DNA of 64,000 nt from contig CAWDVE010000019.1 in NCBI GenBank assembly GCA_963805625.1, positions 480,001-544,000 on the forward strand. Reading direction: 5' to 3'. The notes beneath the pieces are model-generated. The model was not told the DNA's origin, ran no database searches, and was given only the letters and a program-made list of their open reading frames with translations. The stretch is from an uncultured Candidatus Rokubacteria bacterium (GTDB lineage: Bacteria > Methylomirabilota > Methylomirabilia > Rokubacteriales > DASRDR01). Shown piece after piece: positions 56,108 to 64,000 of the stretch. A program made the translations under genes and the position numbers. Positions within the stretch are counted from its first letter, which is position 1. Each line of letters starts with the position of its first letter.

Positions 56108-57685
56108 ATGAGCACCCAGGAGAACACGCGCCCGGCGCCGACGCTCGGCCTCACCCCGGATGAGATCGCGGTCCGCTACGCGACGCTCCAGGCGAAGCTG
56201 GTCCCGCTCTGGAAGTCGATCGCCAGCCTGAACCGAGATCCCCAGACGATCGTCGTCGTCCCGTCGATCACGCTCGACGCGCTGAACATGCCGTCGTCCG
56301 TGCTCCAGGCCATGGAGGAGCGCTTCCTCTTCATGCTCTTCCTGCTCCGCCAGCCCAGCGCGCGCATGATCTACGTCACGTCGCGGACGATCTTGCCTGA
56401 CGTGGTGGACTACTACCTCGGGCTCCTGCCCGGAGTCATCCCGGCCCATGCGCGGGCCCGCTTCTTCAATCCGGTGCCCCACGACAGCACGTTGCGGCCC
56501 CTGTCGCTCAAGATCCTCGAGCGGCCGAGGCTTCTCGCCCAGATCCGGGACCTCATCCCGGACAAGGACCGCGCCCATCTCGTGCCCTACAACACCACCG
56601 AGCTCGAGCGGGACCTGGCGATCCGGCTCGGCATCCCCATGTACGGCGCCGATCCCCGGCACTTCGAACTGGGAACCAAGAGCGGCTGCCGGAAGCTGTT
56701 CGGCCGGGCCGGCGTCTCGTATCCCTTCGGGGCCGAGGACCTCCGGACCGCCGACGACGTCGTCGAAGCCATCCGCCGGCTCCGGGCCGCGCGACCGGGG
56801 GTGCGGTCGGCGATGGTCAAGCACAATGAGGGCGTCTCCGGGGCGGGCAACGCGGTGGTGAAGCTCGAGGGGCTGCCCCCGCCCGGCGACGCGGCCGAGC
56901 GCGCCGCCATCGTGGAACGGGTCGACGCGATGCAGTTCGAGAGCCCGCGCCAGCGGTACGATTCGTACATGGCCAAGCTCGGCGAGCTGGCCGGGATCGT
57001 CGAGGAGCGGGTCATCGGCGAGGAGATCCGGAGCCCGAGCGTCCAGCTTCGCATTACGCCGCTCGGCCAGCTCGAGGTGCTCTCCACGCACGACCAGGTG
57101 CTCGGCGGGCCCAGCGGACAGAGCTATCTCGGCTGCCGCTTCCCGGCAGATCCCGCCTACGCGGCGGTCATCACGCGGGACGCGGTGAAGGTGGGGCAGG
57201 AGCTGGTCGGAGAGGGCGTCCTCGGGCGCTTCGCCTTCGACTTCGTGGTCGTCCGGAACGGCGGGGCCTGGACGCCCTACGCGATCGAGCTGAACCTCCG
57301 GAAGGGCGGGACGACCCACCCGTTCCTGACGCTCCAGTTCCTGACCGACGGGAGGTACGACCCCGAGGCGGCGACGTTCACGCCGCCGAGCGGTCGGCCG
57401 AAGTGCTTCGTCGCGACGGACCATCTCGAGTCGGAGCTGTACCGCGGCCTCCTGCCGCAGGACGTCTTCGACATCATGGTGCGGCACGGGCTCCACTTCA
57501 ATCAGACGAGGCAGACCGGGGTCGTGCTCCACATGCTGACAGCGCTCTCGGAGCGGGGGCGGCTCGGACTCACCGCCGTCGGCGAGTCACAGGCGGAGGC
57601 CGACGAGATCTACCAGCGGGCCGTCGACGTCCTCGACCGTGAGGCCGAGGAGGCCATGCGGCAGGACCCGCTGCCGGCGCTGTGA
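56108..57685 (+). CDS. peptide ligase PGM1-related ATP-grasp protein
   Basis: IVVVPSI, EERFLF, GTKSGCRKLF, VKHNEGVSGAGNA, SPSVQ, STHDQ.LGG, IELNLRKGGTTHP. Confidence 0.8.
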   Translation: MSTQENTRPAPTLGLTPDEIAVRYATLQAKLVPLWKSIASLNRDPQTIVVVPSITLDALNMPSSVLQAMEERFLFMLFLLRQPSARMIYVTSRTILPDVVDYYLGLLPGVIPAHARARFFNPVPHDSTLRPLSLKILERPRLLAQIRDLIPDKDRAHLVPYNTTELERDLAIRLGIPMYGADPRHFELGTKSGCRKLFGRAGVSYPFGAEDLRTADDVVEAIRRLRAARPGVRSAMVKHNEGVSGAGNAVVKLEGLPPPGDAAERAAIVERVDAMQFESPRQRYDSYMAKLGELAGIVEERVIGEEIRSPSVQLRITPLGQLEVLSTHDQVLGGPSGQSYLGCRFPADPAYAAVITRDAVKVGQELVGEGVLGRFAFDFVVVRNGGAWTPYAIELNLRKGGTTHPFLTLQFLTDGRYDPEAATFTPPSGRPKCFVATDHLESELYRGLLPQDVFDIMVRHGLHFNQTRQTGVVLHMLTALSERGRLGLTAVGESQAEADEIYQRAVDVLDREAEEAMRQDPLPAL

Positions 57686-57748
57686 GCCCGCCGGCCGCCC
57701 AAGCGGACCTGTCCCCGATCAAACTCCGCGCGACGCGAGCGTAGCCCG

Positions 57749-58246
57749 GTGAGCGAGAACTGGTCGGACCCGGAGCTGCTTCGCGCCGTCTTCGAGGGTA
57801 CCGAGGTCCTCCGGAAGCCGATCAGCGGGATCATCACCGGACACCACGTGCTTCCGTACGTTCTCGTCGGGCCCCACTGGGACCAGCCCGGCCGGTCGGT
57901 GGAGGTGCGCGGCCGGATCCGCGTCTCTCCCCGCCTCGTGGTTCCCGTCCGCACGGACGGCCCGACCTATGGCGACGTGTTCTCGGACCGAGAAGTGATG
58001 CACCAGGCGCTCGTCGCCCGGGTCTTCAGCTTCAAGTACGCGCCGAAGGTGCTCGTCGAGAGCGAGGACCTCCGCATCCAGCGTCAGGACCGCGCGCCGC
58101 AGGCGCACCTCGAGCTGGTCCTCGACGAGCTGCTCCGCCAGGAGGTCATCAACACCGGTGTCATCCGCTCCCCGGACGTCCGCTACTATCCCGTGTCCAT
58201 CGACCGGTTCATCCGGGAGATCCTCGATCAGGAGTTCCGCGACTAG
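57749..58246 (+). CDS. conserved-looking hypothetical protein
   Basis: Strong coding codon bias; LPYVLVGP, VRGRIRVSPRLV, YYPVSIDRFI. Confidence 0.75.
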   Translation: MSENWSDPELLRAVFEGTEVLRKPISGIITGHHVLPYVLVGPHWDQPGRSVEVRGRIRVSPRLVVPVRTDGPTYGDVFSDREVMHQALVARVFSFKYAPKVLVESEDLRIQRQDRAPQAHLELVLDELLRQEVINTGVIRSPDVRYYPVSIDRFIREILDQEFRD

Positions 58247-58635
58247 GGCAAAGCAACCAGCCCGGCGCGGGAGAGGAGAAGCTGTGAAGGGTGCCAACCC
58301 CCGAGCGGAGTGCGATAGCGTCTCAGTGGGTGTGGGACGAGATCGCGAACCGCTCACCGCCAGGAGGTTGGCATGCACTACTGTGGGCGGGATGTCTCGC
58401 GGAAGTCAACGCATGTGGCCATCGAGGACGCACAGGGGCGACGAGTGCAGCGCAACTGCTGGCCCATCTGCTGTGGGTGGGCGGCCTTCCCGAGCCCGTG
58501 CACGTGCCGAGTCACCGGACCCGGGAGCTGCGGGGGTGGTTGGTGGCGCGGCGGCGACTGGTGCACATGCGGACGAAGCTGCTCAACGTGGTCCGCGGCT
58601 TGGCGTGGCAACAGCGGATCGAGCTGCGGGGACCG
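58247..58635 (+). mobile_element. IS110-family element relic: left non-coding end plus deleted, frameshifted transposase (58373-~58635)
   Basis: MHYCGRDVSRKSTHVAIED (RuvC-like N-terminus), then in another frame AQLLAHLL..G.LPEPVHVPS..TRELR..LVARRRLV.MRTKLLN.VRGL. Confidence 0.82.
58291..58374 (+). ncRNA. candidate structured RNA in the IS110 non-coding end
   Basis: Nested complementary segments TGCCAACC/GGTTGGCA, GAGCGG/CCGCTC, GCGAT/ATCGC, CGTCTCA/TGGGACG. Confidence 0.5.
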
Positions 58636-58642
58636 GAGGGCG

Positions 58643-59692
58643 TCAGGGCGCGGGTCGGCCGGCCTCCTGCCGCACCCACTCGTCGAACGGCCCGGAGACA
58701 CGGACCACCTCGTTGAGCAGCCACAGGGAGCGCGAGACGAGGACCAGGAGGAGATCGCCCGCGATCCCCGCCTTGCGGGTCTCCGGCGTGACCGGGACGA
58801 ACGCGAGGCCCCGGAGGAAGCTGCCGTTGCGGGTGGTGGCGAAGTCGAGGCGGCGGCCCTCGGGTGTGACCGCGAAGACCTGACCCGTCCGCCGCTGGAC
58901 CACGAACAGCGCCCCTCCCGGGCTCTGCGAGAAGCCGGCCGGCAAGGGTCCCTGGAGAACCGACTGCACGCGGCCATCGGGCGTGATGCGCGAGATCTCG
59001 CCGCTGCCCGCGCCGAACGGGGTCTCCGCCGTGCCGTCGCCTCCCACCCAGAGGTTGCCGGCCTCGTCCATCGTCAGGATGCGCGGCCGGAGGACCGTGG
59101 CGTGGCGACGGCTGACGAGGTTGCCGCGCGCGTCCAGGCGGACGATCGCGCCCTCCTCGCGGTCAGTGACGTAGAGGTCGCCCGTGGAATCGATCACCAC
59201 CCCCTCGGGGTGACGCAGGACGGGCTCCGCTCCCGGCGCGGGCCGTCCGCCGGCGAAGAGCACCGGCTTCCCGTCGAGGAACCGGTAGAGCGCTCCCAGC
59301 CGTCGCTCTCGATCGTAGGTCGTCACCCACACCGGCCCTCGCGGCGCCACGGCGCCGATCTGTGGGTTCGGCAAGGGCGGTCCGTAGAGGTAGCGCTTCT
59401 CGTTGTCGGGAGTCAGCCGGGCTCCGCCCGCGGGAACCCGGTAGATGGCCGAGAGGTCCTCGATGTCACCCACGCGGAAGCGCGCCCCCGTCCGTGACAT
59501 GTAGAGAGTGCCCGCGGCGTCGAGGCCGAGCGTTCCCACGGACGGAATGCCGCTGACGCCGCGCTCGCCCGAGGTATCGAACCCCTGGCCTGTCACGTAT
59601 ACCTCGCTCGTGAAGCCTGGCGGGAGTCCGATGTCGGCACGCGCGGGGGTGGTGAGGAGGAGGAGCGCGAGGAAGCCGAGCCACACCGTCAT
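58643..59692 (-). CDS. secreted NHL/SMP-30-like beta-propeller protein
   Basis: Signal peptide; PEGVVIDSTGDLYVTD, MDEAGNLWV, ISRITPDG repeats. Confidence 0.8.
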   Translation of the reverse strand: MTVWLGFLALLLLTTPARADIGLPPGFTSEVYVTGQGFDTSGERGVSGIPSVGTLGLDAAGTLYMSRTGARFRVGDIEDLSAIYRVPAGGARLTPDNEKRYLYGPPLPNPQIGAVAPRGPVWVTTYDRERRLGALYRFLDGKPVLFAGGRPAPGAEPVLRHPEGVVIDSTGDLYVTDREEGAIVRLDARGNLVSRRHATVLRPRILTMDEAGNLWVGGDGTAETPFGAGSGEISRITPDGRVQSVLQGPLPAGFSQSPGGALFVVQRRTGQVFAVTPEGRRLDFATTRNGSFLRGLAFVPVTPETRKAGIAGDLLLVLVSRSLWLLNEVVRVSGPFDEWVRQEAGRPAP

Positions 59693-59852
59693 CCGGATCC
59701 TCCTGGGACGCCGTGCATCGGCGCGTGTCCGTCGGGAGCGCAGTGGTGCGGCGACCCTGGCTGAGTATACGCCCGTCGACCGGCTGTCCAGCGGAGTACG
59801 ATGGGACGACGCGCGACCGCGCGGGACGGCCCGCTTACCGAGGAGGCGACTG

Positions 59853-61421
59853 GTGACGACACCGACGAGGGGACCTGCGGTAACCGGGGCCGCGAGTCCT
59901 GCCGGGACCCAGGCTCTCGCGGCGCGCCGGGGCGCCGCCGGCGGAGACGTCTATCGGCCGCTCGGCCGCACCGGCCTGATGGTGTGCCGTCTCGGCTTCG
60001 GCGGCTACCGGGTCAACGACGAGACCCCCGTGCACCGGAGCGCGCTCGAGCGGGCGCTGGCGGGCGGCGTGAACCTCGTCGACACCTCGACGAACTACAC
60101 CGACGGCGGCAGCGAGCGGCTGGCGGGGCGCGTCGTCGGCGACGCGATCCGGAGGGGACGCATCGCGCGCGAGGAGATCGTCGTCGTCTCGAAGATCGGC
60201 TACGTGCAAGGGGAGAACCTCGCCCTCACCCAGGCGCGCGAGACCGCCGGACGCCCGTTCCCCGAGATGGTGCACTACCAGCCGGGCTGCTGGCATTGCG
60301 TGCACCCAGAGTTCCTCGAGGACCAGCTGGCGCGGTCGCTCGACCGCCTGGGCCTCGAGACGCTCGACGTCTGCCTGCTCCACAACCCCGAGTACTTCCT
60401 CTCCGCCGCGGCCCACAACGGCGGGGGGAAGCTCGAAGGGGTCCGGGACGAGTTCTATCGCCGCCTCGCCGTGGCGTTTCGCTTCCTCGAGGAGCGCGTG
60501 GCGGCGGGGACGCTCGGGTGGTACGGCGTGTCGTCGAACACGGTCACGCACTCCGTGGAGGACCCGGAGGCCACCAGTCTCACCCGGATGCTGGCCGCCG
60601 CCGAGGAGGCGGGTGGCTCCGGCCACCACTTCGGAGTCCTCCAGCTCCCGATGAACCTCTTCGAGGCGGGCGGCATCCTCGAGCCGAACAACCCGCCGGA
60701 CGCGCCGACTGCTTCGCAGCGCACCGTGCTCGAGCTCGCGTCGGCGGAGCGGATCGGCGTCCTGGTCAATCGGCCGCTCAACGCCGTCGTGGGGCGCGGG
60801 ATGGTGCGGCTGGCGGACTTCGCCGTGGCGCCGGCCAGCGCCGTCGATCGCCAGCTGGAGGCCGTCCGGAGGCTGGAGGCCGAGTACCGGAAGGAGATCG
60901 CCGCGCATCTTCGCGTGGGCCCGGACAGCGACAAGCCCGAGAACTTCCTTCGCTGGGCGGATCAGCTCGCCAGCGTCCGGGAGCGCGTTGCGAGCGTGAC
61001 GTACTGGGAGCAGATCGAGTGGCAGGTACGGGGTCTCACGACGCGAGTGGTTGGCGCCCTCGACGCGGGGATCGCGGGAGAGGTCGCCGGCAGGTGGCGC
61101 GCGTGGCGCGATCGCTATCTGCCCGAGCTCGATCGGCTGCTCGATGGGTTCCGGGCGGAGGCGGGCGGCCGGAGCGGGGAGCAGAGCCGGGCCATCGCCG
61201 CCGCTGTCGACCCGCTGCTCCCGCCGGAGCGACGGGGGGCCACGCTCTCGCAGAAGACCCTCTGGACGCTCGCCAGCACGCCCGGGGTCACCACGGTCCT
61301 CGTCGGGATGCGGCGACCGGCGTACGTGGAGGACGCGACAGGCGTCCTCGGCTGGCCGTCCCTCGCCGACCCGCGCCCGGTTTACGAAGCGCTCCGCGGC
61401 CTTCGCCTGCCCGGCGTCTGA
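59853..61421 (+). CDS. aldo/keto reductase with a large internal insertion
   Basis: YRPLGRTGL, VDTSTNY, VVSKIG, LLHNPE, YGVSSN, VLVGMR; GAGGAGG upstream of GTG 59853. Confidence 0.88.
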   Translation: MTTPTRGPAVTGAASPAGTQALAARRGAAGGDVYRPLGRTGLMVCRLGFGGYRVNDETPVHRSALERALAGGVNLVDTSTNYTDGGSERLAGRVVGDAIRRGRIAREEIVVVSKIGYVQGENLALTQARETAGRPFPEMVHYQPGCWHCVHPEFLEDQLARSLDRLGLETLDVCLLHNPEYFLSAAAHNGGGKLEGVRDEFYRRLAVAFRFLEERVAAGTLGWYGVSSNTVTHSVEDPEATSLTRMLAAAEEAGGSGHHFGVLQLPMNLFEAGGILEPNNPPDAPTASQRTVLELASAERIGVLVNRPLNAVVGRGMVRLADFAVAPASAVDRQLEAVRRLEAEYRKEIAAHLRVGPDSDKPENFLRWADQLASVRERVASVTYWEQIEWQVRGLTTRVVGALDAGIAGEVAGRWRAWRDRYLPELDRLLDGFRAEAGGRSGEQSRAIAAAVDPLLPPERRGATLSQKTLWTLASTPGVTTVLVGMRRPAYVEDATGVLGWPSLADPRPVYEALRGLRLPGV

Positions 61422-61443
61422 CGGCCGCCGTCGCGGGCGCGCG

Positions 61444-62394
61444 TCAGCGCGGGAGGGCACGCTCCAGACGAGGGCGAACCTCCGTGGCGAAGCGGGTCAT
61501 CGACTCCTCGTCGTAGGGGGCGGGGAAGCCGGCGAGCAGGTGGCGGTAGCCGGGTCCGATCTCCAGGTAGGGACGGATCGCCTCGGCGACCTCGTCGGGC
61601 GTGCCGACGGGCTGGTTGGTCCAGAGCGGGGCTCGCCCGTTGGCCTCGAACAGCTTCTCGAACACACGTTGTGCCTCGGCGCGCGTGTCGCGGATCACCA
61701 CGGCTCCCACGACGGTTGTGCGCTCGATCTCGCGGTGATCGCGGCCTACCGTGCGGCAGTGCTCTTGGAGGATCGCCTCCTTCCGGCGCACCGTGTCGAT
61801 GCCTCCGCCGATGTTGCACGCATCCCCGTAGCGCGCGACCAGCTTGAGGGTCACCTTCTCGCCGCCGCCTCCGATCAGGAGGGGGAGCCGCGTCTGCACG
61901 GGCGCGGGCAGGTTCCGGACCGACTCGGCGTGATAGCGGACGCCTGCGGCTGATGGTGTCTCGCCGCGGAGCATGGCGCGGATCACGGGCAGCGCCTCTC
62001 CGAGCCAGCGGAGCCGCTCGGGGGCGCCCGAGCCGAAAGGCAGCCCGTAGGCGGCGTGCTCGTCTGCGTGCCATGCCGCCCCGATACCGAGGATCGCGCG
62101 GCCGCCCGAGATGTGGTCGAGAGTGGTCGCCATCTTCGCGGTCAGCGTCGGCTCGCGGAACGTGTTGGCCGCGACCATGAGTCCGATGCGGATGCGCGTG
62201 GTCGCCTGCGCCCATGCGGCGAGCGTCATCCAGCCCTCGAGGATCGGCCCGTTCGAGTCGCCCACGATGGGGTAGAGATGGTCCCACGTCCAGAGCGACT
62301 CGTAGCCGAGGCGGTCCGCCCGCTGCCCGGCCTCGAGGAGCGCCGGCCAGTGTGTGTACTGGTTCCAGCAGAGGGCGCCGATTCTGAGGGTCAT
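61444..62394 (-). CDS. LLM class (F420-dependent-like) oxidoreductase
   Basis: SLWTWDHL, EGWMTLAA, LDHISGGR, IGGGGEKVTLKLVARY. Confidence 0.9.
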   Translation of the reverse strand: MTLRIGALCWNQYTHWPALLEAGQRADRLGYESLWTWDHLYPIVGDSNGPILEGWMTLAAWAQATTRIRIGLMVAANTFREPTLTAKMATTLDHISGGRAILGIGAAWHADEHAAYGLPFGSGAPERLRWLGEALPVIRAMLRGETPSAAGVRYHAESVRNLPAPVQTRLPLLIGGGGEKVTLKLVARYGDACNIGGGIDTVRRKEAILQEHCRTVGRDHREIERTTVVGAVVIRDTRAEAQRVFEKLFEANGRAPLWTNQPVGTPDEVAEAIRPYLEIGPGYRHLLAGFPAPYDEESMTRFATEVRPRLERALPR

Positions 62395-63464
62395 GGAAGG
62401 CCTCCCGGGAGCCCGAATGCTTCGGCAAGGAGCTCGTAGGAGCGGAGCCGCGCCTTCGGGTCGTGGGTGATGGTGACGACGACCAGCTCGTCGACGCCGT
62501 AGTCGGCTGACAGGGCGAGCAGACGGGCGCGCACCTGCTCGGGCGTGCCGGCCACCGTGCGCCGGCGCGCGTGCTCCACGATGGCGCGCTCACGCGGTGA
62601 GTACGGGTAGCGCTCCGCTTCCTCGACGGACGGGTAGGGGCCGGCCCGTCCGGTGTAAAGACGGACGATGAACAGGTCGCGGCTCCGTGAGAGGCGCTCG
62701 GCCTCCGCCTCGGTGTCCGCGCACACGGCGAAGACCGCGGCGCTGGCCCGCGCCGCGCGGAGGCTGGGCGAGGGCCGGAACGCCCGGACGTACGCGCGCG
62801 TCACCGCCGCCCCGCCGTCCGCGTTGATGAAGTGGGCGAACGAGAATGCCGTGCCGAAGTGGGCGGCGCAGGCCGCGCTCGCGTCGGTCGAGCCGAGGAG
62901 CCAGATCTCGGGGGTGCCCAGACCGGCTGGCATCGCGCGCACGCTGGCGAACCGGTGATCGGGCGGCAGCCTGTCCGTCAGGAAGCCGATGAGATCGCCG
63001 ACTTGCTCGGGAAAGCGCGAGACCTCGCTCTCCGCCCACGGGTCGGGGACGCCAGGGCCGGCGGGCGCCTCGGCGCCACGGCGGAGGGCGAGCGCGGCAC
63101 GCGCGTCGCTCCCTGGCGCGCGTCCGATCCCGAGATCGATGCGTCCCGGGTGGAGCGTCTCGAGCATCCGGAACTGCTCGGCCACCTTGAGCGGGCTGTA
63201 GTGAGTGAGCATGACGCCGCCCGACCCCACGCGGATCCGGCGTGTCCCGGCCGCGACCGCGGCGATGAGGATCTCGGGGGCCGCGTCGGCGAGTCCGGGC
63301 GTGGAGTGATGCTCGGCGAGCCAGTAGCGGTGGTAGCCGAGCCGGTCGGCGGCCTGTGCGAGGTCGAGGGTCTCCCGGATCGCCTCCCCCGGGGTCTGTC
63401 CTTCCCGGACCGGTGACTGGTCCAGGACGCTCAGGCGGAGGCTGGTTGGCTCGTCGCCGGCCAC
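62391..63464 (-). CDS. LLM class luciferase-like monooxygenase
   Basis: LSVLDQSP, RYWLAEHH, GSGGVML, GRIDLGIGRAPG, WLLGS. Confidence 0.92.
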   Translation of the reverse strand: MAGDEPTSLRLSVLDQSPVREGQTPGEAIRETLDLAQAADRLGYHRYWLAEHHSTPGLADAAPEILIAAVAAGTRRIRVGSGGVMLTHYSPLKVAEQFRMLETLHPGRIDLGIGRAPGSDARAALALRRGAEAPAGPGVPDPWAESEVSRFPEQVGDLIGFLTDRLPPDHRFASVRAMPAGLGTPEIWLLGSTDASAACAAHFGTAFSFAHFINADGGAAVTRAYVRAFRPSPSLRAARASAAVFAVCADTEAEAERLSRSRDLFIVRLYTGRAGPYPSVEEAERYPYSPRERAIVEHARRRTVAGTPEQVRARLLALSADYGVDELVVVTITHDPKARLRSYELLAEAFGLPGGLP

Positions 63465-63539
63465 ACGAACAGTCTAGCGCGACCCCGCCCGATCGTCCTG
63501 GCCCGCGCCGAGGAGCCCGAGCGAACGCGACGGGACTTG

Positions 63540-63983
63540 CTACGGCTGGCGGGGGCGTTCGAACTCCAGATCGATGGCCTTCAGACGCTCGACCAGCCGA
63601 TCGAGCTCGGCCGTGCGTGCGACGTACGCGCCGAGGGCGATCCGGAGGGCGCGGGCATCCGCGGCATACTGACTGGTCGGATAGTCACGCAGCAGCCGGT
63701 CGAGGTGCGCCGCGGCCTGACGGTACTCGCGCCTGCCGTTCGCGGTGAGCACGAGCGCCCGCGCCAAGTTGTAGAGAGCCTGATCGTGAATGGAAGCGTC
63801 GGGGAATCGTCGCACCACGTCTTCGAGGGTACGGACGGCCGCTGACGGGTTCCCGCCCCGCAGCTGGGCATCGCCCTCGCGAACGAGCCTGTCCGCTTCC
63901 AGCGAGGATGTCAGACGTGTCCAGGCTGCCGTGCTGCAGGCCGAGAGCGCCATCAGCGCCACCAGCAGTATCAGGCGCCTCAT
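63540..63983 (-). CDS. TPR-containing lipoprotein (BamD/YbgF-like repeats)
   Basis: Lipobox LSAC; VVRRFPDA..DQALYNLA, LLRDYPTSQYA. Confidence 0.78.
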   Translation of the reverse strand: MRRLILLVALMALSACSTAAWTRLTSSLEADRLVREGDAQLRGGNPSAAVRTLEDVVRRFPDASIHDQALYNLARALVLTANGRREYRQAAAHLDRLLRDYPTSQYAADARALRIALGAYVARTAELDRLVERLKAIDLEFERPRQP

Positions 63984-64000
63984 GACTCGGGCCCCTCCAC

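Overview
A GC-rich (about 70% by eye), gene-dense bacterial chromosome segment with about 60 CDS. I found no rRNA, tRNA, CRISPR array or intact mobile element. The content is mostly small-molecule scavenging: two Dpp/Opp-type ABC systems, two other binding proteins, class III and IV aminotransferases, SDRs, LLM and DAO-type oxidoreductases, a molybdopterin hydroxylase large subunit and several peptidases. This style suggests a soil Candidatus Rokubacteria/Methylomirabilota-like organism (inference only). Signals the ORF track does not explain: (1) a 93-bp internal inversion in a mandelate racemase gene that puts the catalytic KxK segment on the opposite strand; (2) a decayed duplication of a PhyH-dioxygenase 3' end plus a binding-protein fragment, bracketing a DUF2182/DUF1326 cassette; (3) an IS110 relic whose upstream non-coding end folds into a long nested hairpin (bridge-RNA candidate); (4) a palindromic XRE operator shared by two loci 17 kb apart; (5) at least six apparently leaderless genes; (6) enzymes with altered specificity residues (a KamA-type radical SAM aminomutase and an IMPDH-like protein); (7) uncharacterised modules, namely a SCO1664 kinase/DUF3090/phosphatase trio, a cNMP-DASS transporter fusion and a PGM1-like ATP-grasp ligase. 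Several point lesions (two internal TAA stops and three apparently lost start codons) could be real decay or assembly error. All family assignments come from motif recognition by eye; no database searches were run.
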